Below, piece by piece: positions 1-10,715 of a DNA stretch of 64,000 nucleotides. The notes beneath the pieces are model-generated. The model made no database searches, was not told the origin of the DNA, and saw nothing but the letters and a program-made list of their open reading frames with translations. Within the stretch, counting starts at the first letter, position 1; each line of letters opens with the position of its first letter. The stretch covers positions 2,080,001 to 2,144,000 of the forward strand of contig CAWIAD010000002.1 of assembly GCA_963833985.1 (NCBI GenBank), read 5' to 3'. Both the position numbers and the translations under genes were made by a program. Source of the DNA: an uncultured Planctomycetaceae bacterium (GTDB lineage Bacteria > Planctomycetota > Planctomycetia > Isosphaerales > Isosphaeraceae).

Positions 1-2
1 CC

Positions 3-683
3 CTGGCCCAACATCCTCTCCAGGCAGCCACGGCCATCCTGTCGACCAAGCCGGATCAAGCCAGGAGATTGCAAGATAGAGTTGAGACCCGACTACGATT
101 CCATGCTTTCGACATCCTGAAATACTGCGGCGAAGACCAGACCAGGCTCCCTCTCCGGCATCGTCTCGATCTCTTGTCAGAAGCCCTCGCCACGGCAACC
201 AATCCATTCCTGGAAGTGGTGCCGAGTTTCGTCATCGGCCGTCTGAACGTTCACCAACGCATTCTGGAAGCCGGTGGTGAAGGAACCGTCTGGAAGCAGC
301 TGGACCAGCCCTACGAACCAGGTCGCCGAGTGGGTCACTGGCTCAAACGCAAGCACGAACTGACCGTGGAAGCCGTCGTCATCGGTTCTAAGCCCGGAAC
401 CCTTGGATACGGACATGAGAGTCTAGTCGGGGCCGTCGAATTCGGTGTCCAACTCAGCGACGGTTCTGTGAGACCCATAGGGTGGGTGAGCAGTTGGAGC
501 GATTCCGAACGCCGGGGGATGACCCAGATTCACTCCACCGGGAAACCCGAACTCGACCCGACTTATCTCGGCCGTCGAGCCCTAATAACTGGCCAAGATG
601 AGTCAGTCCGCTCTGGACGACTTCGCCATGCCCGGTTCGGTCGGTGGCTTGGAGACGCAGAGGCAACGAATGAGCCAGGTTAG
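3..683 (+). CDS. ATP-dependent DNA ligase, C-terminal part (5' truncated by window edge)
   Basis: Frame open from nt 3; ligase motifs FHAFDIL, EGTVWK, YEPGRR..WLKRK followed by an OB-fold-like C-terminus. Confidence 0.8.
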   Translation: MAQHPLQAATAILSTKPDQARRLQDRVETRLRFHAFDILKYCGEDQTRLPLRHRLDLLSEALATATNPFLEVVPSFVIGRLNVHQRILEAGGEGTVWKQLDQPYEPGRRVGHWLKRKHELTVEAVVIGSKPGTLGYGHESLVGAVEFGVQLSDGSVRPIGWVSSWSDSERRGMTQIHSTGKPELDPTYLGRRALITGQDESVRSGRLRHARFGRWLGDAEATNEPG

Positions 684-3600
684 ACGCTCGTGTCGGGCGG
701 GCACGACTTGTCGATCCAAACGTGTAGCTTGACACGAAGTTCTTCGACCATCTTCCTGGGCAGTGGGATGTACCGAACTCCCGCCTCTTTCCCCTCGGAG
801 CCTCGATCTGAGTCGGCTGCTTCGGCATCGGATGCCAAATCTCCCCCAGTCAGGACCTCGAAAGTCTGTGAGCGGAGTCTCAACTCCTCGTACATCCTCT
901 CGTCATAAGTTCCCGCGAGGAAGGGTACACCCACTTCTAGATAACTGGACTCACCATCCGACAGTAGCGACCGCTCGCGAAACGCCTTGCTGCCAATGCG
1001 ATCCACCCTTCCCGTCCGCTGTTCGAGGATCGCCGGGTTCCAGGCAAGATCGTGATGAACCACATGGCGGCAATGGCGGTGCAGGTCGATTCCCTCCTGG
1101 CCGACTTGGGTGCAAATCAGTACCTCAGGCAATAGGGGGGTATTGAAGCCGGAAAAGACCCTCAGTCGGCTCCTATCGTCTGTCCGCCCAGAGACCAGGG
1201 TGACGTGCCGCTGGTCGCGAAGGCTGGTCGAATCGAACAAGGCGAACCTCGCCGACCGTGAATCCTTGATGTCACCACTGGCGGACAGCAGGTCTTCAAG
1301 GAAGACCGCGATTCGACTTGCCATAGATTCCTGCTGGTTTCGCAATGGCTTGAGGAACGACTCGACCAAAAGTTCGCCCCAGCCCGACTCTTCCCGCTCG
1401 CTCCTGTCGGGCAAGAGCCTCAACAAAACGGACTCTCGAAAGACGACACGCCTCATTGCCTGAAAAACGCGACGTCGAGCTTCCCAGTCATGCTCTCCTT
1501 CAGACCAGGATAGACTATGTACCTGTTCGTGAACGCTCCTCAGGACTCTCTCGATTGCCTGGTCGCTCCCCCCAAAGCTCGAATCCAATGGCAGCCGAGG
1601 TGGTGAGCCGGCCCATAGGCTTGGGCCTTCACAGTAAGTGTCGAGGATCGACGTCTGCCCTTTCTCCTTCGCCCGTTGCCGCCTCTCCTTCAACTCTTCC
1701 GCGACCTTTTCTATCTCACCCAATTTGGGCAAGGATTCCTCGGAATAAAGGGTGTGCACGCCACGATCGTCGAACTGAGCTAGGTCCCCGCCAAAGGAAT
1801 CGTGGTCCGTGGTGGGGGAAAGCCCGTAAGGACCTCGAATCCAATCCTCCCGGGCCACACGAGAAAGTAAGTCTGCGAGGGGACCGGTCGTGTTGAGCTT
1901 TTGGATTTGACGTCGAGCAAGGATGTGTTCGGTAGCCCGGTGGAGAAACACGCGATCGACCCTCTCAGCAAGAAGGTCGATCCTATAACGCAGGGATAAT
2001 TCCGCAAGTATCTCGAGTTCCTCATCGCGTAAGCGGAAATCGTCCAGACCGAGTTCTGATTCCGAAGAGCTGGCGAGTGCTGGAGACCAAGGAATCGACC
2101 ACAAAACTCGGTCGAGACCGATCACCACCAAGTCCCTGTCCCGCCCTGTGAGCCGGCTGCGGAGGGCCTTGAGTGATTCGGGTCCTCCCATGCAATGTTC
2201 TCGACGCTGATTCAGTTCTTTCCGGATCCTGTCCTCAATGATGGCCTCGAGACGCTCCGCGGTGTTGGTTCGGAAACAGAAAATCAAGGTCTTTTCGCCG
2301 TGTCTCCAATTCCTAACTGTGGCCTCGACTACTTCGTGGACCTTGGGGTGTTTTCTGTCCCGTTTTTCGTTCACCATCCGTCCTAAGAGGCCAAGGTATA
2401 GCTTCCCCAGAGCCGATTCGGACAGCTTTTTCCTGATGGTCTGACCTTCCGATCCACACATCAAGGTAGAGTAACAACCGGTCAGTGAATTGCCGAGTGC
2501 CGTTCGCCCCTTGCCTCCCTTCATTTCGGACACACAACGCATCAACAAGTAGTGGGGAAGCTCACCATCGCCTCGGACGTCGATTCCAGGGGATGCGTGG
2601 AGGATGTGCTGATCCGGGCGATGTTTCAACTCCTCAAGGCGATGCCGGTACTCATCACCCACCTGGACGAATCGATGATCTGTTTGTCGTCTATGGCGAA
2701 TGACCAACGCTCCGAGCACCTGAGAGAGAACCAAGTTGCGGATCAACAACCGAAGTCCCTCGCGGATCAGTTGGCGGACCACTGGCTCGACATCTCGGGT
2801 TGCACCCTGGATCATTGCCTCATCATCCACTTCCGATGCTCCGCTGGCACGGCTTATCTTGTTGCTCAGTGCATGTCGGCAGGAGACAATCTCCGGCGAA
2901 TTCCAGACGGCCTCGATCTGACCCTGCGTCACATGGTCTGGAAGTCGCGACCAAGTCCGTGAGAAGGACCGACTACTCCGCTCTGCTTGATCCAGGGCTG
3001 GATGGACTACCAACTCCCGGTGAGTACGAAGCCGCTTGTGGCGAATTTCCGATTCAACCCGATCGGGGGATGCCCTTAGAAGATCACCGACCTTCAGGAT
3101 CTCAAGCATCTCTGACGGCCGGAGTTGGAATGGTGTGGCTGTGAGCAATAGGACCCTTCGCATTCGGCCGTTCAATAGACTCTTAAACCTTCGATAGCCA
3201 TTGACCCCCATCGCGGGGCCATTCTTCCAGTTGTGGGCCTCGTCAACAATTACTAGGGGCAGTGATTTCAGTATCAGATAACGCATCAGCCGTCTGTAAA
3301 CGTCAGTAAGTCCCTCCGCTACCTCATTGAACGCTTCTCTCCTCCCTCGGAAACCCGGAGTACCAATATTCCTGCAGCGTTCGAGCAGCTCCTCGACGCA
3401 GGCTTCACGAGCGTTCAGTCTCTTGAGGGCATTCAGGAGTTCTTGCGACTTGAATTGAAGGCGGACAGCCTCCTCTGTGCTCATCCTGAGGAGGAGACGC
3501 CCATCGGAAGGCCAACCTTCAGGGGCCCCCTTGAGTAGGAGTCGCCGTCGGGAATGATTGAACCGTGCCCCCCAGAAGCGGAAGAGTAAACCCAGGAGGA

Positions 3601-4129
3601 ACTGTCTCTTCACGTTGAGATGAAGCAGCCTCCCACCATCGAAGATACCCATGTTGGCGATGATGAGCTGAGGACCCGAGCCCGGTCGGCGTAGTGCCTG
3701 AATAAGTTCGTCTAAACGGTCTACGGGGTTTGGGGCGAACCATCGTGCCGCTTCATTCTGGAATCGGGTCTCAACGCATCTCTTGACGAACTCACTGACT
3801 TCGAGCCGCCACTTTGAGAACAGAGCAGAATTCGTCGGAGTGATAACTAGCACACGCTGGTAGCAATTCTTCAGATCATTCTCCGGTAACCCGTCCTGCA
3901 TCGCCCGGAGCAAGGAATAGGCAGTGCCCAGGGCGACGAAAGTTTTCCCCATCCCCACTTCATCGGCCAGCACTTGGATCTCCCAACGCTGGTCCGGGTC
4001 GTGGTGGAAGAACCGATCGAGCAAGACCTGGACGGTCGCCTCCTGCCTTCGTGCGTCCCTGGGGTCCTTGATACGAGTATGATCCCTCCCGAGATCGAAT
4101 TGGTCAGACCGCGATATCATTGGAGTCAA
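680..4129 (-). CDS. SNF2/SF2 helicase (Azaca ZacC-like, tentative)
   Basis: ADEVGMGKT Walker A, DEAH, TATP, GQEGIDL, WNPAILEQRTGRVDRIG; 4-nt overlap with PLD gene. Confidence 0.85.
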   Translation of the reverse strand: MTPMISRSDQFDLGRDHTRIKDPRDARRQEATVQVLLDRFFHHDPDQRWEIQVLADEVGMGKTFVALGTAYSLLRAMQDGLPENDLKNCYQRVLVITPTNSALFSKWRLEVSEFVKRCVETRFQNEAARWFAPNPVDRLDELIQALRRPGSGPQLIIANMGIFDGGRLLHLNVKRQFLLGLLFRFWGARFNHSRRRLLLKGAPEGWPSDGRLLLRMSTEEAVRLQFKSQELLNALKRLNAREACVEELLERCRNIGTPGFRGRREAFNEVAEGLTDVYRRLMRYLILKSLPLVIVDEAHNWKNGPAMGVNGYRRFKSLLNGRMRRVLLLTATPFQLRPSEMLEILKVGDLLRASPDRVESEIRHKRLRTHRELVVHPALDQAERSSRSFSRTWSRLPDHVTQGQIEAVWNSPEIVSCRHALSNKISRASGASEVDDEAMIQGATRDVEPVVRQLIREGLRLLIRNLVLSQVLGALVIRHRRQTDHRFVQVGDEYRHRLEELKHRPDQHILHASPGIDVRGDGELPHYLLMRCVSEMKGGKGRTALGNSLTGCYSTLMCGSEGQTIRKKLSESALGKLYLGLLGRMVNEKRDRKHPKVHEVVEATVRNWRHGEKTLIFCFRTNTAERLEAIIEDRIRKELNQRREHCMGGPESLKALRSRLTGRDRDLVVIGLDRVLWSIPWSPALASSSESELGLDDFRLRDEELEILAELSLRYRIDLLAERVDRVFLHRATEHILARRQIQKLNTTGPLADLLSRVAREDWIRGPYGLSPTTDHDSFGGDLAQFDDRGVHTLYSEESLPKLGEIEKVAEELKERRQRAKEKGQTSILDTYCEGPSLWAGSPPRLPLDSSFGGSDQAIERVLRSVHEQVHSLSWSEGEHDWEARRRVFQAMRRVVFRESVLLRLLPDRSEREESGWGELLVESFLKPLRNQQESMASRIAVFLEDLLSASGDIKDSRSARFALFDSTSLRDQRHVTLVSGRTDDRSRLRVFSGFNTPLLPEVLICTQVGQEGIDLHRHCRHVVHHDLAWNPAILEQRTGRVDRIGSKAFRERSLLSDGESSYLEVGVPFLAGTYDERMYEELRLRSQTFEVLTGGDLASDAEAADSDRGSEGKEAGVRYIPLPRKMVEELRVKLHVWIDKSCPPDTSV

Positions 4130-6240
4130 GCCTGATGACGGTAATGTTGACGAATCGTACTTGCGAAGAGCCTGAATTCCCGCGGAAGCTCCTCACGGAA
4201 CCCTTCCTCGAGCTTGGTGAGCATCCCTTGCACTCGGCCTATCGCCTGTCCGAGAAGATCGGTCCAGTCCGCCCGGTTCGGGGGATCGCCGAAACCTCGT
4301 GCTTTCTCGAGGCAACCTAGGATCTCGACGAGCTGGAACCCGGCTGCGGTCGGTGAACGTCTCTTCTCCGTCGCGGCGTCGAAGACCTGTCGGGCCAGGG
4401 AGACCGGGCTTACCGCACCCAGAAGGGCATGCCGCATACATCCACGAGAAGAGCTGGCGGCGGCCTTGAGGTCGTCAGTGAGCCCCTTCAAGGCCTCGAT
4501 GAATTCCCGAACAATGTAAGACTGGATTCGAGACGTGTCGACGCCACTTCGTTCACTGGGATTCTCATCCGGGCTACCTGGATTCTTTGGACTCTCGGGG
4601 TCTGGGAAGAGCTCCTCCCAGGCAATCCGACCCTGGTAGTAGGCGATGAGATGGCCTTCGTTGATTCGTCCACCCTCTGGACTGATCGGAAGCGAAGCCC
4701 GGGCCTCAATGTCGACATTCAGAGGAATTGGGCGGCCTTCAGGGCAATGCCACCAGGAGACAACGACCTCCTGCACTCCGAGAAGCCGACGTAGATGATC
4801 GGCACGTAGTGGGATTCGAAACTCTGACTTAGACCCCTCCTGAGCCTCGATCGACGACCAGATAAGCTCTTCCGGCGTGCTGCCCTGGGCGGCGATTGAG
4901 ACATTCCAGCTCCCCTCGACCTGGCTGGAATCGACCAATAGTCGTAGCTCTAGCGTATCCTGATCGAGCATAGAGGGCGACAACAGGACCGCGGTAAGGA
5001 ATCCGGGCCAGGGACTTTCCTCGGGTGAGGGCTCCGGTGTAACGAGTCTTCCTCCCCCAGTCCCGTCCAGCCGAACCGGCCGTCCTGCTCCCGCAGGGAT
5101 CAAGCCATTAAGGCCAGGGCGAGCGTCCCCGGTCTGCCTGATGACGATCCCCGCTTCGATGTTGGCCAGGAGGGGGTCCGAAAGAAATCCCCAGCCGTGA
5201 CGGGTGAAATTCGCGGATCCCAGATAAGCCAGCGAGGTCACATCACCCTCGACGATGACGACCTTGGCGTGGAGGCCGCGTAGTGCCGATAGTCCTGACC
5301 CAAGCCCGATCTCCGATGCCGGAACCCGAGGGTCGACAGCGATCGCTACTCCGTCGACCCCGATTGTCCGGGTATCAAAGGCTCGGAAGGAAGCGGGGAG
5401 TCTTGGCTTGAAGGTTCCTCCCGTGTCCGGTGCCGCGTCGGTGAACAGTTCGAGCACCGAAGGTTTCGCCAGTTGGCCCCTGCTTCGAAGCCTTAAGACA
5501 AGCGAGTGGATGGGGCCATTCTCGTCTTCCTCGGACCAGAACGGTGACACAATACGTATGTATCTGACCTGTTCACCTGATGGCCACCTGCTCATGAACT
5601 GGTCGAAGAGGCTCTCTCCACCGCCACCCCACACGAACCATCGTTCGTCCTTCCCGGAGTGCTCAGCCCACCCGCGGAGCCTCGACATGGTCTCCGCGGA
5701 GAGGTTCGTGGCACTGATCGTCGAGCAATTCTCACAGAGCGTACGGAGATTATCGAGAGCGTCGGCGATAAGGGCTGATTCTCTGGGTCGTTGGGGAGTT
5801 GCTGTTAGAACCGCTACGATCTCGCGGTTCCGCCGATAGCCTGGTTCTGTGAGATTGGCACTGCCAATGATCATGCGGACGGCCTTCGTGTAAACGGCCA
5901 CGAAGATCTTCGCGTGCAGTAGTCGCCTCGCTCCCGAAGGGTGTAAGGGATTGATCTCAACCCTCAGTGAACGGGGCCGGCCCTGGTAGGCTCGGGCGTC
6001 AAGCAGCACGACGGCGGCTTCAATTTCTGCCAACCGCCTCTCGAGGGTGATACGACTCGTCCAGCTCCGATCATCCCAGGCACCGAGTCCGAACAGGGTA
6101 GGAAGCAGATCTGTCTCCAGGAACTCAGGTTGCATCTCGTATGTCGTTGCCAAGAAGCCTACCAACTGACCCATGACCGGCTCGGGTCGGAGTCGGTCCA
6201 TCAGTCTCTTGGAATCCAGGGTCCCCGGTGACTTCTTCAT
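4126..6240 (-). CDS. Phospholipase D-family nuclease with two HxK motifs
   Basis: LHAK...IGSANLT and LHAK...LGSANFT. Confidence 0.8.
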   Translation of the reverse strand: MKKSPGTLDSKRLMDRLRPEPVMGQLVGFLATTYEMQPEFLETDLLPTLFGLGAWDDRSWTSRITLERRLAEIEAAVVLLDARAYQGRPRSLRVEINPLHPSGARRLLHAKIFVAVYTKAVRMIIGSANLTEPGYRRNREIVAVLTATPQRPRESALIADALDNLRTLCENCSTISATNLSAETMSRLRGWAEHSGKDERWFVWGGGGESLFDQFMSRWPSGEQVRYIRIVSPFWSEEDENGPIHSLVLRLRSRGQLAKPSVLELFTDAAPDTGGTFKPRLPASFRAFDTRTIGVDGVAIAVDPRVPASEIGLGSGLSALRGLHAKVVIVEGDVTSLAYLGSANFTRHGWGFLSDPLLANIEAGIVIRQTGDARPGLNGLIPAGAGRPVRLDGTGGGRLVTPEPSPEESPWPGFLTAVLLSPSMLDQDTLELRLLVDSSQVEGSWNVSIAAQGSTPEELIWSSIEAQEGSKSEFRIPLRADHLRRLLGVQEVVVSWWHCPEGRPIPLNVDIEARASLPISPEGGRINEGHLIAYYQGRIAWEELFPDPESPKNPGSPDENPSERSGVDTSRIQSYIVREFIEALKGLTDDLKAAASSSRGCMRHALLGAVSPVSLARQVFDAATEKRRSPTAAGFQLVEILGCLEKARGFGDPPNRADWTDLLGQAIGRVQGMLTKLEEGFREELPREFRLFASTIRQHYRHQA

Positions 6241-7607
6241 AGTCCTTTCGCCGCTCGAATCAGTGAATCCGCCGACGAGAGTCGGTAGGGATGAGGTGCG
6301 ATTTGGGAGGGGTCGCCCACTTCATGATCTAACCCACCGACGCGGGTCATCGTCAGGTTGATGCGTCCGGAGACCATCTCCAGCCAAGGCATCTTCCGAC
6401 GTCCACGATCAAACTTGCCCCGCTGGACGTCGGAGTGTCGATTAACCAGTTCGATGCAAAGCTCAGGTACTGAAGGGGCTATGGAGGCCCGCTCGAGGAA
6501 CTGGCGTGTATCGTTCAGGCGTTCCGGGTGATCCAGGAACTGGCCCGTGAGTGACGCGTCAATTACCTGACATAATCCGGCCGTGGCTCGCGTAAGCCGT
6601 TCGTGGACAAGCTTCAATGTCGCGTCCCCTACGGCTTCCCGAACAGGGACGGCAGCTGAGGGCACCGTTCTGCAGAGCCAGAGGAGCCTCTCGAACCCAA
6701 GTAACGAGAGCCGGTAGCACTCCTCGTAGGCGAGGATGCACTGAACTGCCTCGAAGAGATCTCTGTTCTTGGCCGTCCCACCCAGGACTGGAAGGAGTCT
6801 TTTCATCCGTTCCAGCTCGGTCTCATTGCTGTCCCAAACGGGATGCTTCGAGAGAACAAGAGCCATTCTCGAGCGAAGTGGATCCCGGTGAAGCACCTCG
6901 TCGAAACAACTCGCCTCTGTTCTCGTCATCTTGCACGACACATGGGCCTTACGTCCCCACTCGATGAGTTGAACTATGGCAATGTCGCCACCGACACGTA
7001 CTGCCTTGACCAATGCATTGGGTGCGTCCGTCTCATTCAGGAAACCCTCTGCCAGGCGTTCGCCGAGGTCAGGTGTCAGGCACAAGGTCTTCCGCTCAAG
7101 AAACCTCATGCCTTCGGCGACTGCTCCGTAGATTCCAATCACCCCGTAGGGAACCTGCCTGGAGAGGAGCGGAAAGTCGGAATCGACCCGGCGGGAGCCT
7201 GAACTCAGTACTATGCCTGCCTCATCCTGGGCATAGGTGATCCCCCGTATTCCCAAGGTCGAAAGCCCATCCTCACCATCCCGGTCACTCGCAAGAACGT
7301 TCGCCAAGGCCCAGAAACGTTCGATCCGCTGAACGCAGTCCAGCCTCTTTTGATACTGATCTCTTGGACTGTCCGCTGTACCTATTTCGGCCAGATATGC
7401 CCCCGAGCAAAGGACCGAGAAGTACCGGGGGCGATCGGCCACGTTCGTCAAACCAGGAAGGATCTTGTCGGCGAGATGGAGGTAACCACGCTCAAAACCG
7501 AGAGGGTCTATGCTGGAACCCGGCAGGTCGGACGGGTCGTAAGAGGTCAAGAAAAGGGTGAGGCCCAAGGCCTCGGGATCCATTCTCATGCCGGAAACCG
7601 AGGACAT
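6237..7607 (-). CDS. Conserved defence-associated protein (DUF6361-like)
   Basis: N-terminal DPLG..LADKILPGLT..RPRYF motif; GGAGG RBS; coupled to PLD and helicase genes. Confidence 0.55.
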   Translation of the reverse strand: MSSVSGMRMDPEALGLTLFLTSYDPSDLPGSSIDPLGFERGYLHLADKILPGLTNVADRPRYFSVLCSGAYLAEIGTADSPRDQYQKRLDCVQRIERFWALANVLASDRDGEDGLSTLGIRGITYAQDEAGIVLSSGSRRVDSDFPLLSRQVPYGVIGIYGAVAEGMRFLERKTLCLTPDLGERLAEGFLNETDAPNALVKAVRVGGDIAIVQLIEWGRKAHVSCKMTRTEASCFDEVLHRDPLRSRMALVLSKHPVWDSNETELERMKRLLPVLGGTAKNRDLFEAVQCILAYEECYRLSLLGFERLLWLCRTVPSAAVPVREAVGDATLKLVHERLTRATAGLCQVIDASLTGQFLDHPERLNDTRQFLERASIAPSVPELCIELVNRHSDVQRGKFDRGRRKMPWLEMVSGRINLTMTRVGGLDHEVGDPSQIAPHPYRLSSADSLIRAAKGL

Positions 7608-8173
7608 TAGTGATTACCTCCATGTGCGAACGCTCATGGTTCGATAGCACTCGTCGCTTCCTCAAGGGTACACGCCAATTCGCAATCATGCAATTGCTTG
7701 CCATCATAAGCTCTGGTCGAGAAATGGGGTCGCTTGGCCGACCAAACGGGAACAGTGAGCTGATCATTGCGGAGCCTGTGGGCAGACTTCGAACCGTGCA
7801 AACTGTCGGGGTTCCGGTGCCACGGAGCGGTCACATGTTTGTATGGGCCCTGCTCTCGGCACGAATCTCAGTTGAAGTGCTCGCAAGCCCTTGCAGAATC
7901 GGTGAATTGTCGCCGAGAACCGAGTAAGCTAGTGTTAGAAGAATACCGGTCGGTGGTTAGACCGGGTGCGACGACAAGCAAGCTCCAGGCCGGCTACCGT
8001 GAGGCTCCGCGACAAAGCCCACAGCCTTAGAAGCATGAGCCCATGCCTTTTGTGCTAATAGCTGTTGCCAAGCCGGCTTATCGAATTTTGCTGATACCGG
8101 ATCGGCGAGCCTCTCGAGCCATGAGTGACCTATTGCCTCATCCTGCGTCGTCAATCGATGGAATGCTTGACCC

Positions 8174-8932
8174 ATGAAAGACCAAGTAGACGAGCAGACA
8201 GATGGTCTCATCTTAGCCGCTTTGAAAAGAGCGATTATCCGTGGAAAGCCCATACGCCTTATCGAGACCGGCAAAGGCGAAGGGCTCTTCCCGAAGGAAC
8301 TCGAGGGGCGGGTTAGGGACCATTGTATCTCGGAACTAGCACTCTTCTTGGAGGTTGAATCCACGGCGAGCTCCAGGGCGAAAGAAGTCGTGCCCGGCCC
8401 TGGAGCAATCGATTACCTCGCCAAGCACCTTGAAGCAGGCGAGGTCTCTCGACTCCTATCCGATGGATTGGAAGAGGTCGCCAAACGCATCAGGGAAATA
8501 GCTGGAAAGTGGGCCGTTGTCGTCTCGCAGAACGACGCCACTCAACGGCACTTGTCAGAGCTCCGTGATCGGGCATTGGAGGTCCAAGCCTGCCGTCGGA
8601 AGCAGTTGGAGGCACAGATAGCTGATGAACCTCTGCAGTCAGTTACACAGTCAGACTTCGATTTCCTCTGCCGCGTGGGAGTGCATCTTGTCAATGCCTG
8701 GTCGCAGGCAGACAACTCCGCCGTCAAGTCGCAGTACGAGTCGGTGCTCCTCAATGGCGGCTTCAGACCGATCGGAGAAGTTGAGGAACAATTGACTTTT
8801 TCGGCAAAGCTACATGAGAGCCCCCGACCATTATTCCCTGGTGATCCGGCGATCGTTGAACGACCGGGCTGGATGGCACCGCAACTCAAGGCCCAGTTTG
8901 TATTACTCAAGGCCAGGGTCAGGCCGGCATGA
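8174..8932 (+). CDS. Coiled-coil protein with GrpE-like C-terminal domain
   Basis: FSAKLHE...VERPGW...VLLKARV resembles the GrpE FDPxxHE...V..PGY..LRxAxV tail; preceded by a coiled coil. Confidence 0.6.
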   Translation: MKDQVDEQTDGLILAALKRAIIRGKPIRLIETGKGEGLFPKELEGRVRDHCISELALFLEVESTASSRAKEVVPGPGAIDYLAKHLEAGEVSRLLSDGLEEVAKRIREIAGKWAVVVSQNDATQRHLSELRDRALEVQACRRKQLEAQIADEPLQSVTQSDFDFLCRVGVHLVNAWSQADNSAVKSQYESVLLNGGFRPIGEVEEQLTFSAKLHESPRPLFPGDPAIVERPGWMAPQLKAQFVLLKARVRPA

Positions 8933-10482
8933 TGAACAATCTCGAGCTTCCCGACGTTCCGTTGATCGGCATCGATTTCGGCAGTGCATACACCAAGGTG
9001 GCGTTTCGGAGCAAGCCGCGTGAGCCATCTCAGATATTGACGGATCTGAACCTAGCCTTCGATGAAGACCACATCTGTATCCCCTCGATCCTTGCCTCAA
9101 CCACTCGATCAGACGGCGTCCGGTGGGTCTGCGGGCCGGATGCAGATGGTCTTATCGAAGGCGACGGAATCAAGATCCATCGCAACTGGAAGCAAGCTCT
9201 GTTTCGAGAAAAAGGATCGCCATCACCCGGCTCGAAGAAGCTCTCTGACGATGAAGTGGATGAGCAGCTCGCGTCCTTTTTTCGGGATTTGACGGCTCGA
9301 TCGAAAGAAGATCAACTCATTCGAAGTCTAGCCAGGGTATTCGAGATCCGGCCTCGGGTTGTCCGTCGCCTGGTGATGACCCATGAACTTGACCCGAGCC
9401 AGCTGGAGTCAGCGGCGAGGATGGTCGGAGTTCTGGGGGATTCCATGGGGCCCCTGCCGACATCGTCGGGCCTAGCGGTAGCAGACTCCACGGACACCGA
9501 TGTCAGACTGGTTGCCATCGAATTCTTCAAGTGGCTCCGCGAATACGTCCAGGACTACGCCGGTCGCAATCAATTGCCGGCCCCAGATCAAACACGGGTC
9601 AGGATTTGCGGTCCGGCGTTCTCTAAGAGCACTGCCAGTGGAACCCCTTTAGGAGCAGAGCTGCTCCACGACATACTCGTCACGACTGGCTGGCAACCGG
9701 ATTCTGAGAAGTGGTTTGTCACGGAACCCTCCGCCAATGCGATTGGGACGCTGACCCATGGGAAAAACTGGTTATGGTGGCCTGATCGAGAACCCAGAAC
9801 ACTGAGCATTCATTGGGGGCAAATGTTCCAGAGCAAGGCTCTACGCTCGGCTTTCAGCGAACGGAAAGGAGACCATTTGCTCTGCGTCGTCGATGTGGGA
9901 GCTTTCACAACCGACTTCGCTGTACTTCGATTCAACACGTCCAATCCTGACCTTCCTCCGAAAACTCAATCACACTCCGTCCGTCTCGGAATCGCGAAGC
10001 TCGACGAAGAAATCATGGCTCAGCTACCTGCGGAGACCGCGTCGATTATCAAGCGTTTTAACGGGAATCTGTGGGAGGATTTCAAACGGCGGGTTTATTC
10101 TCGGCGGGAGCCCTTCTATTACGACAACAAGCAGCTGTGTGCTGGTACCGAGCGGGAAATCATCGATAGGATAATCCATGAATTTGCAGAGAGAGCGGCC
10201 CAGGAAGCCGACAGTTTCTTGGAAGAAAGCGGTTTCGATTGTATCGACCAATTGGTAATGACCGGCGGCGGCAGCCAGATTCCTCAAGTCTCCGAGGCTG
10301 TTTACTCACGGCTCAGGCAAACGCGGCCTCGGACCTTTAACCGGGTGACTGTCGTTCATGTCCCTGGTCAGCACCTCCTGGCATCGATGCCCGCAAGGCA
10401 TGTGGTCCCACGTGATCTCAGCCGTGGTGCGACAGCACTGGGCTGTTCGAATGTATTTTTTGGTCACCCGAGGACAGTGTGA
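8929..10482 (+). CDS. Divergent Hsp70/actin-fold ATPase
   Basis: IGIDFGSAYTKVA, TEPSANA, VDVGAFTTD, TGGGSQIP; no DnaK substrate-binding domain. Confidence 0.8.
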   Translation: MMNNLELPDVPLIGIDFGSAYTKVAFRSKPREPSQILTDLNLAFDEDHICIPSILASTTRSDGVRWVCGPDADGLIEGDGIKIHRNWKQALFREKGSPSPGSKKLSDDEVDEQLASFFRDLTARSKEDQLIRSLARVFEIRPRVVRRLVMTHELDPSQLESAARMVGVLGDSMGPLPTSSGLAVADSTDTDVRLVAIEFFKWLREYVQDYAGRNQLPAPDQTRVRICGPAFSKSTASGTPLGAELLHDILVTTGWQPDSEKWFVTEPSANAIGTLTHGKNWLWWPDREPRTLSIHWGQMFQSKALRSAFSERKGDHLLCVVDVGAFTTDFAVLRFNTSNPDLPPKTQSHSVRLGIAKLDEEIMAQLPAETASIIKRFNGNLWEDFKRRVYSRREPFYYDNKQLCAGTEREIIDRIIHEFAERAAQEADSFLEESGFDCIDQLVMTGGGSQIPQVSEAVYSRLRQTRPRTFNRVTVVHVPGQHLLASMPARHVVPRDLSRGATALGCSNVFFGHPRTV

Positions 10483-10715
10483 TTTCATACTATATAGGTA
10501 TATTATTCTATAAACAGATATAGTAATACTAGACGTTGATTTATTCCGCAATTACTGGTCTTCTGATCAATCTCACAGGCGGCTCATCGGGCAGGAACAG
10601 GGATAGACAGGACGCGACGAGATCAGGAATATGCCAGAGGTTCTTCGGACATCAAGCGATCTATCTTGAAGAAATGCGTTTGACTTCGTCGTGCTATAAC
10701 GGAAGAGCCACGCAG

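Noticed and set aside
8929..10482. Housekeeping dnaK
   Set aside because: Highly divergent, lacks substrate-binding domain, no dnaJ/hrcA context
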